Of a stretch of 64,000 nucleotides of DNA, positions 12,385-24,590 are shown piece after piece (positions within the stretch are counted from its first letter, which is position 1; the number at the start of each line of letters is the position of its first letter). Location of the stretch: NCBI RefSeq assembly GCF_006345805.1, contig NC_042997.1, positions 202,926,001 to 202,990,000 of the forward strand. The letters run 5' to 3'. The position numbers and the translations under genes were made by a program. The notes under the pieces were generated by a model. That model saw nothing but the letters and a program-made list of their open reading frames with translations, was not told where the DNA came from and ran no database searches. Source of the DNA: Octopus sinensis (taxonomy: Eukaryota).

Positions 12385-12650
12385 AATGTATGTGTGTGAG
12401 TGCGTGTACATTTGTGTCTCTTTGTCTTGACATCATGTAAAAGTTGTAAATGAGCGTCACTCTCATAGAAGCAATTCCAATATTTTGTGAGTACATGGCT
12501 AACCATTTGGAAATATTACCTTGTTTGGAACAGGTGAAGGTTAACATCAGGATGTGTCTCCAGCTGTAGAAAATTTGCCTTGATAAATTTTATCTAATCC
12601 TTGCAAACCTGAAAAAGTTGACATGAAAAAATTATTAACAATGATGAGGG
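12222..12650 (+). mobile_element. SINE family C, tail C2, with internal (GT)n(GA)n
   Basis: tggctgtgtggttgagaggtttgcttcccaaccacatgg head; cttctactacagcc...aaactgaaagaaacc body; tail ...ccagctgtagaaaatttgcc. Confidence 0.8.
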
Positions 12651-12861
12651 AAGGTTCAATGAATTACTTCTGATTTATATGCTGGCATCAGTGGAATGAG
12701 TATTACTGCACTTTTAGATGGATCAGAGGATGACTACATGTTGCACATAAGTTTCATTTTTGACTTAGTTTCTCTTGTTGGATGCCCTTCGTATTTGTGT
12801 GGATTCCTGTCATTAGTCTGTCTTAGTATCATTTTTTAGGCCGGTTGAATGTGGAAAATAG

Positions 12862-13040
12862 CTCAATTAGCAGAACACTGGTCAAAATACAGTATTTAGT
12901 CTAGGATCTAAGTTCAAATCCTACAGAGGCCACCTTTGCTTTCACGCTTCTAATGTCAGTAAAGGAAATCAAGTGCAGGAGTTGATTAACACATTCCATG
13001 AAAATTTTTGGCCTTGTTCTAAACATAGAAATCCTTATTA
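12862..13040 (+). mobile_element. Old SINE family B copy
   Basis: agcagaacactgg...aagttcaaatcctacagaggccacctttgctttca...ggccttgttctaaacatagaaatccttatt, degenerate version of family B. Confidence 0.6.
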
Positions 13041-13231
13041 ACTCTTAGATCTGTTTGCAGATTAATGATATAATTTCTCAGTATGTTTCATTGTTCTGGG
13101 GCTATTTTAACAAGAGTAAAACAATAACAATCATTTCTCCTCTCAAAATACTTCACACATTTCTTCTCAAGTAAATAATTCATGCTATTAATTTATTATG
13201 TTGGCAGTTTGATGGTTTGTTTCTGTATTTG

Positions 13232-13232
<1 letters not shown>

Positions 13233-13275
<43 letters not shown>
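13233..13275. repeat. (TA)n microsatellite
   Basis: Pure TA tract of about 21 units. Confidence 0.95.
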
Positions 13276-13278
<3 letters not shown>

Positions 13279-13699
13279 ATTTTATGTATTCTAGGTACAT
13301 AATCCTTTATAATAATTTTATATTTTTCTTTCATCTTTGGTAATGTTCTTTATTATATAATTGGCGGGCAAAAATCATCCAGTTCACTGAATGTGTTTGT
13401 GTATGTGTGCATGTATATTCATAAGTGTGGGTGTTTGTGTCTTTCTATCCATGTTTTGATATTGTTTACACACTTAACAAAACAATAAAATAGTGACACT
13501 ATTCAGTTGTTGTCAATATTTATGTATGTTGTATTTGTCCTATTGTTGTATAGTTTATCAAGTGAAAGATCAAAGGAGGAAACATCTTACATGGAAACAA
13601 ATAAGGATTGGCTACAAGAAAGGCAACCAACCATCGAAAAGTATACCAGCATATCTTATGCAACCCATGCCAGTATGGAAAAAGTAGCTGTAAAAATAA

Positions 13700-13757
13700 T
13701 GTGTGTGTGTGTGTGTGTGCACGCGCGCGCGCGCACACACACACACACGCATACACA
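13700..13757. repeat. Compound alternating purine-pyrimidine microsatellite (TG)n-CA-(CG)n-(CA)n
   Basis: tgtgtgtgtgtgtgtgtgtgcacgcgcgcgcgcgcacacacacacacac read directly. Confidence 0.95.
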
Positions 13758-14432
13758 TACTAGTTATTTACATTTAGGTGGAGTGGATCATTGACAGCTA
13801 AGTGTTTTCAACTAGTACAGGATATAAACTGTCAATTCATTGACAGATTGACCCTGGCAAATGTAAGCCTGGCTCCTGGTTTTGATTACCAGCTGGAATA
13901 GCTTTAATGACAGTTGCTAATGTAAGTGAGAAAGGTATGAACTTTTCAGCTGCACAATTTTCTTATTCCTCTTGTAAACCAGAGGCTATTAATTATGTAA
14001 GAAATTGCCTTCAATATATTATGCTATTTTCTTCGTTTTCCCTTACGCTGAACTGGTATCCTCTGCGTCTAACTCATTCCTTATTTCTAATTGTCTGTCT
14101 CACTATTTTTACTCAGTGCTCTTCCTACACATCCACATTTTCCACTTTTCTGTCCTATTCTGTCTCATATTCATGTACCTAGACCTCACATTTCTTTCTT
14201 TCTGTCTCTCACTTTCCTGGTGGGCATGCCATGCATTCACCTCTTCAGCAAGAAGGAGATCAAGAAAGCCATGTGCAGAAATGGTGAAAATGGTTCTTAA
14301 GATGCAAACCTTACATCGGAAATGACAAAGGAATGCAACAAATAGTATGGTAGTGTTGGAATGCACCTATCCAATCAATGCACGTATGGAAAGCAGATGT
14401 AAAAATGATGATGAATATAAATAAATACATAC

Positions 14433-15239
14433 GTCAGTGTGTACACACGACAGTGTAAGCGCCCTGAGAGAAATACTGGACATAAGAAGCCTCGGATGTG
14501 GCATGCAAGAGAGACGTCTGCGCTGGTATGGTCATGTACTATGGATGGATGAGGAGAGATGTGTGAAGAAGTGCCACTCCCAAACAGTTGAAGGAATCCA
14601 GGGTAGAGGTAGACCCAGGAAGACATGGGATGAAGTGGTCAAGCATGACCTTCAAACATTGGGCCTCACAGAGGCAATGACAAAAGACCGAGTCCTCTGG
14701 TGATATGCTGTGACTGCGACGACCCAATAAATAACATGAGTTCATGGCTGTTTCTTGCACCAGCTTCACATAGCAGCCCCAGCCCATCCAAAGTACCTTG
14801 GATCGCAGGTTGGCCTGCTGTGCTTACCTTGGATCATAGGGTGACCTGCTGTGCTTGAGGAGACCTATTGAGTCAAGTACATCAACATCAAAAAATCAAA
14901 TGGAAATTGTAGTTGTGATACCCGTGCCAGTGGCATGTAAAAAGCACTGTCCAAACATGGCCGATGCCCACGCTATATTGACTGGTTTCTGTGCCGCTGG
15001 CACATAAAAAGCACCAACCAATTGTGGCCGTTACCAGCCTCACCTGGCACCTGTGCCGGTGGCATGTAAAAAACACCTACTACACTCATGGAGTGGTTGG
15101 CGTTAGGGAGGGCATTCAGCTGTAGAAACACTGCCAGATCAGACTGGAGCCTGGTGCCGCCTCCTGGCTTTCCAGACCCTGGTTGAACCATCCAACCCTT
15201 GCTAGCATGGAAAACGGATGTTAAACGATGATGATGATG
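14433..15239 (+). mobile_element. 5'-truncated RTE-clade LINE: ORF C-terminus plus complete 3' UTR and (GAT)n tail
   Basis: ORF 14437-14703: RRLRWYGHVLWMDEERCVKK...GRGRPRKTWDEVVKHDL, the canonical RTE C-terminal motif; UTR repeats gtggcatgtaaaaagcac; tail gttaaacgatgatgatgatg. Confidence 0.92.
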
Positions 15240-16199
15240 TGGTGATATTTGGTGGACAGCTGTGGAGTATGTCTGCATCTGTTGAGTTTTCGCTGTTTTT
15301 CTGTCTGCTCCTTTGTTGTCTCCCTGCACCAGATTTTTACTTATATATGTTATAAAATTCCCTCTCAACTTATAGATTTCTTGTAGTTGTCAATTTGCAG
15401 TAGTTCAAAAATATTGACTGTATTATTGATTTCACTGGTCTTTGGCAATGGTTCACTTACTAACATAGTAGCTCATTTTCTCTCTTTGCTTCTTGTATTA
15501 CAACATTCTTTCATCCTAGCTTACTGCAGGGCCTCTCTGCTATGGTTTCTCGCAGGCCCATCCAACACACCCATGTCTCTCACTAGGTCTTATTTCCCAG
15601 ATTCCATCCTAAACGTTTTGCCCAGCTATTCCTGCAGTCTTTGACCCAACGGATGTTCAAATTGAACATTATTTGTATCAGTCATGCCAGTGAAGGAAAT
15701 TCTGGAAAGATCATAAAAAAAATGGCCTATTTGTTTTTTTTTTAGCCAAGTTCAGATATTTTAACCCTTTTCTCTGCTTCTTTTGTGTTAACATTGGATA
15801 TCTGAAAACAGTCTTAAATACTTTCCTTTGCTCTATTATGACTGTACTTTGTATTAGATCTGATCTATGTTATAGTCATAGGTTTGGTTGTCAAGTTATA
15901 TTCCAATGTGTAGCATCTCAAGTATTTTCTACCATAGACTCTGGCTGACCAATATTTTGGTTGCTGTGGGAGTCTGTGATATTTGTGTTGTTTTTTTTTA
16001 TGTCTCTCCTTTTTTTAACATTTGCTTTTTCCACTGAATGGCCTAGTAAGACTACTTCAGATAGTCTTCAAGATGAAGTACCATACAAGTAAAGTACTTT
16101 ATTCTGTCCACATCTTTGCATATAAAAAAAATATCACTGCCAGAATGGTACCAGTGCAAAGATATGGAGAGAGCGAGAGAGAGAGACACACACACACGC

Positions 16200-16340
16200 G
16201 CACGCGCGTTTCTGTCCACCAAATTCAGCAACAAAGTACCGATCAGGCTGTAGAAGATTCCTAAGGTGCCAACAGGGTTGAACTTGAAACCATGTGATTG
16301 CAAAGTGATCTTTTTTACCATATAGTTGTGCCTATGTGTT
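16200..16340 (-). mobile_element. Partial SINE family C (head and body)
   Basis: tttctgtccaccaaattc...caaggtgcc...gaaaccatgtgattgcaaag...ttaccatatagttgtgcct, reverse complement of the C head. Confidence 0.6.
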
Positions 16341-16800
16341 TGTCTGCGTGTCTTTATATTGGCAATGTTTATGAACACCAAGAAAATTAAAAAGCCAAAA
16401 AAAAAAACAAAAACAAAAAAAAAACAGCCCTTTTCAAGGAAAGTCTCTTGCAATATTTGTTCTTGTGAATTAGTGATTGTTCAGTTGGAAATTTTTTAAA
16501 TTCTGGTATCTTTAAACTGTCATTTCAGTAACAACTTCTGGCTGTGTTGGGACCAGTTTTCTTTTATTTTGAGCCAAAACTTCCTTCTAAACTCATTATT
16601 CTTGACCAGTTGATTGGCAAAATCATTAGAACAATGACAAAATAATACTTTGTGATATTTAGAGATCAAATCAAGTTATCCTTTTGTCCTTCACAGGTTG
16701 ATAAAATACAGTCACATCTGTCAATTGCTTTGAGTGATTTAATAAATTTTACCCTACCCACAACTGTGTGGCCAATGTCAGAAATTATTGTTGTTGTTAT

Positions 16801-17240
16801 TAAGGTGGTGAGCTAGCAGAAATGTTAGAACATTGAAAAAAGTGCTTTGCAGTATTTCTTTGAACTCTTTACATTCTGAATTCAAATTCTGCTGAAGTCA
16901 GCTTTAACTTTCTTCCTTTCAAAATCAATAAAATAAGTATAAGTCAAGTACTAGGATCAATGTAATTGACTAACCCTTTCCTCTCATAATTGCAGGCTTT
17001 GTATCAAAATTAGAAATAAAGATACTGAACTGGCAGAACTATTACAGTATTGGAAAAATGCTTAGCAGTATTTCTTCAGATACATTACTTTGTAAATGCA
17101 AATTCTGTCATGGTTGAGTTTTGCCTTTCATCCTGACAGGGTCAATAAATTAATGTATCATTTGAATATAGGGGTTGACTTGCCCCTTCCTCTCAAAATT
17201 GCTGGCCTTGTGCCTAAATGACAAACCAATATTATTATTA
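16801..17240 (+). mobile_element. Two head-to-tail SINE family B copies
   Basis: aaggtggtgagctagcagaaatgttag...tctgaattcaaattct...tttcttcctttc...ggctttgtatcaaaattagaa, then actggcagaactatta...ggccttgtgcctaaatgacaaaccaatattattatt. Confidence 0.75.
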
Positions 17241-17249
17241 TGATTCCAG

Positions 17250-18550
17250 TAATTTTATTGTGATTGTAACTTTCATTACATAACCAAGCTCGACTTATGT
17301 GCCATAGGTATAAGTGTGGTATCTTGCTCTTTGTTTTATCATTATATTGAATGTACAGAATGTGTGCAATGTCTTATATTGTTATTTTCTGAATGTTAAA
17401 TATGTCTAAATAACACTTTGCTGTATATGTTTGCATTTCTTTTAATCATTTCTACAATATCATTGTTATTGTGAGGATTGTTTATTTTTGCCCTACATCC
17501 CCTGGATATCTCTATTTCAGGAATTTTATATTTGGATAATTTTCTCCTTTTTTTTTTCCCATTTCTTTTGAAGGTGTATTGTTATAAGTTGAGATTGATT
17601 ATTGATTAGGATATACTATTGTCTTGTCCCTTGCCCCATATTTGCCAACAATGTAAGGAGTGTCTACTTTTTCCTCATATGAACCTGTATTTCTTAGAGT
17701 ATAGATACATTACTCTCAGAATAATTTTGTGGTGGATGCTTGCACCTTCTTGTTATTTTGAACATTCTAAATGTTAACATATTTTTCTTTATATATATTT
17801 ATATTCTTTGTTTTAGCTAAGGCTAAGAAAGAAACAAACAATAGGATTGTTTCTCTAGGTCCTCCACAAATCCTGCAGTTATTTTATGTTTTTTTATTAT
17901 TATTATTATTGTTATTATTATTATTAGGTTTTTGTAGTTTCTAGTAGGGAGGTTTTGGTCTTTTACCTTGAACAGAAGTCTTTCAGTTTTGAGTCCTGTA
18001 TTTCCCAGCCATTTTACATGTTATATTTTTCTTTGTTTTTACATGAGGTGTGAAGTTCAGGTAATTTTTTAGGGTTAGATAAGGCTTTAGATAACATTCC
18101 TTTTCATCATTATCATAGATTAAAGGATACTTTGGGTTTTCTTGTGATGCTATTTGCATTAGTTGAATTAAAATTGTTTCTTAATATATTAGTTGATGCT
18201 GAATCTTGTCTGTATTTACTTATATTATGCTCTGTTTTGATATGAGTTGGTTAACATGTGGCTAATTTTACCATTCTCATAGCTTTTTGTAGTATTGGAA
18301 TTTTAGTTTTTGAATTATTTTCTATTGTTTCTCTATTCTTCTCATATCTGTCAGTTTAGTCTCTGTTTTATAAATGTTGACTATCTTGAAAATACAAAGA
18401 TTCTAGTTTTATTCATACTTTGAAGCTATATGCATGCATTTTCTTTGAATCTTTGCTAGACTTTTCTTGTCATATTTCAGTCTTCTGCAATTAGAAAATG
18501 ATCTTTTTGTGTTAAATCTATTCTTTCTACTAGTTTGACTTGTGGAAATT
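17250..18550 (-). mobile_element. Possible highly decayed Penelope-like or other retroelement ORF
   Basis: Long A-rich minus strand with scattered peptide traces (LNFTP, IVG, a degenerate MA..LGY-like stretch) in roughly PLE RT order; no intact motif. Confidence 0.3.
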
Positions 18551-18589
18551 GCACAGAGTAGATGAAGTGTTTATCTTCACTATAAAATC

Positions 18590-18770
18590 TTCAACATCAT
18601 TGCTTTAACATCCACTTGTCCATGCTCACTGATGGAGATTTTCTGTGGCCAGATGTCCTTCCTGTCACCAACACTCAACTGTTTCTAAGCAAGGTAGTAT
18701 TTTCCTCTGGCTAGACATGTTTTTGGAGTATGTTGAAAATGAATGACGTACTACTGTCACATTCACTCCA
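18590..18770 (-). mobile_element. SINE C2-type tail fragment
   Basis: tttaacatccacttgtccatgc...gattttctgtggccagatgtccttcctgtcaccaac...aaggtagtattttcc. Confidence 0.7.
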
Positions 18771-20049
18771 TTACCAGAGGGCTTTCCACTTCTCTGAACA
18801 AAATGCCTTGGACAGTAAGGCAGTTGGCATCACTCCTCCACTTCTGACTGCTTCTCTGAGCCTCTACGCCAGGTACCAAGTGGTGTACAAAAATGTAACA
18901 AGCATGGTTGATGATAGAGCTGCTCTGCAGTTGGTGCTAACTGTTGTCTGATGGTTCAGATCTTCCACTTAGCTGTAATAACCTTCTAGCTGTTGATCTA
19001 GGACTCCTCTGCCTTGTCAGTTATCCAATATCCTGCTGCTGACGTCTTCATTATATTCTTGGCATGGGAGGCTAAGAGATTGCTAGCACTTGTTCAAGGT
19101 GCCATTCTGAGCTGTAGACAGAAGAAGTGACTTACTCTCCCTTTTACAGTGTACCACTGATGAGGGCACTGTATGATGAAGCATATCACACCTGAGATCA
19201 TTAATATATTACATACAAGTGTTTATTTAAAAATCTATTTGATTCACGAGAAAGCTGTTAACTTCTGATCAACTTAGGTTAAATAACTTAACATATATTC
19301 TTATATGTCACAGCAGTATAACTGTGCTTCTGTTCTTCTGTTTATGATATTTTGATTTCTGCTTTTGACCTAAACATATGTCACGTATTGGTTTTCATGA
19401 ATATTATTTGCAGCTTTGTCTGTGGCTGCATTTAAATAATAAACACATTTAAACAATAATACGTTTAGCTGCAATAATCCCAATCAATGCCAACACAGTC
19501 TAGCAAAGTCCTGGAACCATGAATAACATAGCAATATGTTTGTATCATCTATTTCTAGAGCAAACAGACCAACCAGTACTTTTAAATCATGGCTCCTGGT
19601 TGACTGACAGTATATGCAACATCTAATGGCTTGCACAAGTTTGGCACACTTGGAAGATGTGTATGTAGAAAATTGATTAGACTGTGTTAGAATGAAACAA
19701 ACATTTATGAATTGATTTTAATGAACTTTATTAAAAACAGATTTATAATATTCACACAATGATTTCATGAATCTATGGAATTATTGATGACAGTATATAG
19801 TCAGTTACCATCATCATCCATCTGCTTTCTGTACTGGTATGGGTTGGATGGGTCATTGTGATCTAAATTAGTTTTAAGTTTAACTACTTTTCTAAATGAG
19901 TCAGAGATTATGTCTTGCTTATCTATTTCATTTTGTTCTGGTGTTTAAGGCTGGGCGTCCTTCCTATCACCAGCTTCTTTACAGAGTGTACTAGGAGCAT
20001 TCTACCATGTCACCAGTTCTGTAGAAGCTACATGCCTTTGCAAGACTAA

Positions 20050-20760
20050 AGAGTTGTCTCTTCTTCATTCACCATCTGCTTTATCATTGTTACCAAATCC
20101 TAAAAACTCTTTGTTGTTATTGTCACTCTCAGATATACATACAATTCCATCATCATCAAACTGAACTTCATTTATTTGTAATAATTCATCTCTCTTAAAC
20201 TGTTGTCTGGGTTTGATACTTGTTCATTTTCTTACTCAAAAAATTCCTTGTATAACAATTCAACAACTGCAATGAAATATCAATTTTTTTTAAAAATATT
20301 TAATCACCATTTCACTTGGAGTACTTTCCCATATCTCTGTCACCTATTTGATATTTTGGCTTTGTTTTACTGACAGAGTATAAAGTCATTTCTATTCATG
20401 AACCTTGTGCACGACCCAGCTGAACTGTGGAACTTTTGAGTTTAATATATTTACTTATATCCCTAAATAGCTGGAACATTTTTGTTCTAATAACCATGTA
20501 GGTAACAACTAACCCATTCATATGAAATTCACTTACCCAAGGATGTAAACCTTTATCCAGTTCTTCATCAGGTGAAAGTATATCATAGAGCACATTTTGT
20601 TTTTGGCATTTTCTTGAGTGCCTCTTTTTCTTTCCACCAGTTACTCACTAATTTCTCTGACACACAAAACTCACTGCAATGTACTCTTCAATATATTCAA
20701 CACCACACAACTTAAAACCAACCTCATAAGTTGATCTATTGTCTTTAGTGGTCATGTTTT
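20050..20760 (-). mobile_element. Internally deleted pogo-family transposase remnant (POGK/BrkDBD-type N-terminus, CENP-B HTH, acidic C-terminus)
   Basis: Minus strand from ATG at 20755: MTTKDNRSTYEVGFKLCGVEY..., VSEKLVSNWWKEKEALKKMPKTKCAL*, LHPWVSEFHMNGLVVTYMVIRTK, then VTEIWESTPSEMVIKYF and SESDNNNKEFLGF. The DDE core is missing. Confidence 0.7.
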
Positions 20761-21029
20761 AGTTTCTAGTCACCTTTTTCTATTAAAATAAAATGTTTTT
20801 AATACTTCTGCCAACAAATCTATGGATATACAAACAAGAAGTTTACATAGTTATGAACAAATTGGTTACAGATGCCCTTGTTTTGTTTGGCGAATTGCAT
20901 TTTATTCAAGCAGTCATTTGTTTTCATGCATGACATCATCAACGTATATTTGTTTACTATGCAGACTTCATAGCATAACCAGCCCACTCTAGCCTGTACT
21001 GCAAATTTCGAGCTCAGATCAAGGTCTGG

Positions 21030-23330
21030 TGGATAAATTGCATGCAGTTTTGCACATTCTTCTTTTGAGTAATAAATGTGTAAGCTACCTTGGTATTCGA
21101 AGTGTTGTTACCTCTGAAAAGGTGTTATGTAACTTCATACCTTCAAGGAATTCCTATTTGATGAATGCTTCCTTAAATGTTGGAAGCTATTCTGACTATA
21201 CTGTCCATTTGTCTGTAAATGAAGCTGCTCTTTGGCCATGTGTGAGAAGCATTCTAAGATGGAATTAATTTCTCTACATACCAAAGGCTTACTGAATCAT
21301 CCTTGTGATAACATTGCTAGTTCACATTCTCCATGTTCAGTTAGTATCTTTGATGGAGCATAAACAGGATATCTTAATGACTATTCAGAAATCTTGTGGG
21401 CACTGGCAATTCACACTGATTTAGTTTGAACGCAGCAGCTAAATGTGTATCACAGTGATGAGCTTGGTCAGCAGCTTGTCGTTCCTCTCTCTTTTGATAA
21501 ACTCTTTTTATTCCCATGCTAATTGCGCAGCTAGGTGATATACTGTATGACATCCATACATATATATTTTGATAGACACCACATAACTGTAAGTGGAGAA
21601 ATGTATCTGTATGATAAAAATTCTTTGATTATGAATAATAATTGCCCTGCTGTTGACTTCTGCTAAATCACAACCATGTTCTTTGTACACAGTTTGAGGT
21701 TCAGGTGAGCTTGATATTTCTTCAAGAGGTACTTACTGGAGGGTACAACAAATCATTTTCTGACATGGTAATCTTCAACTTGATCAGTATCCCTATTACT
21801 TTTTTTGTTTGTAATCAAGATAATCATCAGTATTTCAACTTTTTCTTTCTAAAAATTTCTTGTCTGTCTTCCATACAAACTGAATTTAGGATTTCAAAGA
21901 TGCAGATTGTCTTGTTTTACATTTATCTTGACCATGTATCATTATGAGTATGTGGCTGTATGGAAGCCCACTTCTTTTTTGCAATTCAATAGCCTGTGCA
22001 TGAGCCACTAGTATACCTAGTGATTGTCTGTTTTTAATGTCCACCATCAACTCATTGAAGTTCATGAAGAGGAATTTGAGCTTTATTGATATGCACCACC
22101 ACATCAGATCTGCATTGAGCTGTTTCTGATGGATGAAAGTTGCTGGTGATTTCTGCACACTTTGGTTTGCAATGTATAGGTTAAAAATAACACTTCCCCA
22201 ATTTCAACAGCAATTCATTTGTATCTTTGGGAATCTTATGGCTCCACAGCATTGACATACAATGTTCATCTCACCAATATATTCTTTTCTACTCTAGGCA
22301 CAAGGCCTGGAATTTTGGGGGAGGGGACCAGTCGGTTAGATCGACTCCAGTACACAACTAGTACTTAATTTATCGACCCCGAAAGGATGAAAGGCAAAGT
22401 TGACCTCGGCAGAATTTGAACTCAGAACATAAAGACAGATGAAATACCGCTAAGCATTTTGCCCAGCGTGCTAACGATTCTGCCAGCTCACCACCTTTAA
22501 AAATTCTTTTCTACTCTAGGCACAAGGCATCTCACCAATATATTAAATTGCTGAACCATGTCATATGTATTTTAGAATTGCTGTGGTCTCCTTTGACTCT
22601 TATTGTCTATTTCTCTCTCTCTTTTTTTTTTTTTTGATTCTCATCTAATCTTATGTTTCTTCATTCGTATTTTCACTTCTCACTTGTTCTGTTTCATACT
22701 TTTTCAAGATTTCACTCCTTTGTTACTGGTTCATTTTACTTCTTTGTATTGTATCCTTTTATTCTCTTCTATTTCAAAGACCCCCCCCCTCAATGTTCAT
22801 TATTCATACTGTTTTGTGTATTATGGTACATCTCTCTTATATTCTGCAACACATGCTCTTTCTATATAACATAAATCTTCTCAGTTTTTCTCTGTTATAT
22901 CTTTTGATCCTCTGTAAATCGCTGATTCAATTTTCTTGACACTCTTCTTCTAATAAATGTTCATTTTGTCATCTTTGATGTTCTCTTGCTTGTTGTAGCA
23001 ACATAGAAAAAAAAAGTTTTAACTTTAACAGCCACATGCTTATTAGGTAAAACAATGTGTTGGTGTTTGGAATGGAAGTATATCTTCCTGAAGTCAGTAT
23101 TCACATATGAAATACAACCACCAACAAAAACTATAGTGCTGCTGCAAATATATAACTGTTGCTCTTTAGCTTTATCCAATGGGGCCATCATTTAGCAGTA
23201 TGGCATTTATATATGGATAGTTGCATGGGAGATACATGTGACAAGTCAATGTATATACATATGTATGCAGTCAAAATATGATGCAGTATTTTGATTATTT
23301 CTGTGTTGTTTTTCTTTTTAACAAAAAAAA
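21030..23330 (-). mobile_element. Decayed, internally deleted Helitron RepHel fragment, interrupted by a SINE
   Basis: Zn-finger-like IGEMNIVCQCCGAIRF..NCC; Rep motifs ELMVDIKNRQSLG and IELQKRSGLPYSHILI (HUH motif, consensus EFQKRGLPHxHIL), VVPSSKYLLKKYQAHLN, HTVYHLA, LRMLLTH..ASF..PTFKEA. The 5' boundary beyond 22600 is uncertain. Confidence 0.85.
22284..22527 (-). mobile_element. Young SINE family B with 17-bp target-site duplication
   Basis: catctcaccaatatatt at 22267-22283 and 22528-22544; CpG-rich body with B-box-like GAGTTCAAATTC on the minus strand. Confidence 0.92.
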
Positions 23331-23489
23331 AAAAAAAAAAGTGGGCAGGGCGGAGGATATTTTTCTGAGATAGCATGACTTATCTGATGCCATAAAGTGA
23401 ATACTCATATTAGAAATGATGTAATTTAATTAATCATATGACAAACACACATTGGCAGTTAAGTGATAAACAATATTCAGAAATAAAAT

Positions 23490-23690
23490 ATTTATTTCTT
23501 CAATGCCCACAAGGGGCTAAACATAGAGGGGACAAACAAGGACAGACAAAGGGATTAAGTCGATTACATCAGCCCCAGTGCATAACTGGTACTTATTTAA
23601 TCAGCCCCTTGGTGGAATTCAGAATGTAAAGACAGATGAAATACCGCTACATATTTCACCTGGTGTGCTAACATTTCTGCCAGCTTTTCA
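23490..23690 (-). mobile_element. SINE family B with the gccccttgtggg tail type, internally deleted
   Basis: cccacaaggggctaaacatagaggggacaaacaagg...gaaataccgctac...ctgccagct. Confidence 0.85.
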
Positions 23691-24179
23691 GAAATAAAAT
23701 ATTGATCTATGTATGTAAAGTCTTGGTAAATTAATAGCAACAGCACAATACTTCTGGTGATTTTTAAGAAAATCATGAGCAGAGTGCCCTCACAGTAATC
23801 TGTAAGTAATAGGCAGATACATATTATACTATGTGCACATTGCAGTTATTGATGTGCATAAGCTCACATTTTGCTAAATGTGGATATGCATGCATTCTGA
23901 ATTTGAGATAACTTGTTTTTCCTTTTTTATACTGTAATAAATTATATTTCTTAATTTAGTTATACTGTTCTTTCTCTTTGAATAATGTTTTTTTCCCTCA
24001 GGATAAATAGTATGATGTTTACCATTCTTTTCAATTTTGACATTTGATCATGAAGTGAAGTTATATATTCAGATGAGTAAATGAAACATTTGTTTTTAGT
24101 CTTGAATGATGAGGTTGATTCTGTTTAATGTAGTTAGTCCTTACATATCTTTAAAAATAGTTATCAAAGACAGCGTTAT

Positions 24180-24590
24180 CTATTTCTTTACTACCCACAA
24201 GGGGCTAAACACAGAGAGGACAAACTAGAACAGACAAACGGATTAAGTCAATTATATCGACCCCAGTGCATAACTGGTACTTATTTAATCGACCCCGAAA
24301 GGATGAAAGGCAAAGTCGACCTCGGTGAAATTTGAACTCAGAATGTAACGGCAGACGAAATACCTATTTCTTTACTGCCTACAAGGGGCTAAACACAGAG
24401 AGGACAAACAAGGACAGACAAACGGATTAAGTCGATTATATCGACCCCAGTGCATAACTGGTACTTATTTAATCGACCCTGAAAGGATGAAAGGCAAATC
24501 AACCTCGGTGGAATTTGAACTCAGAATGTAGCGGCAGACGAAATACCGCCAAGCATTTCACCCGGCATGCCAACATTTCTGCCAGATCGA
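24180..24590 (-). mobile_element. Tandem dimer of SINE family B (184-bp period)
   Basis: ctatttctttact...gacgaaatac repeated at 24180 and 24364; only the distal unit carries the head. Confidence 0.92.

Noticed and set aside
19157-19185. Other CTGATGA hammerhead-like heptamers (19157 and 37000)
   Set aside because: No closing stem II with a following GAAAC; expected by chance or too decayed to support.
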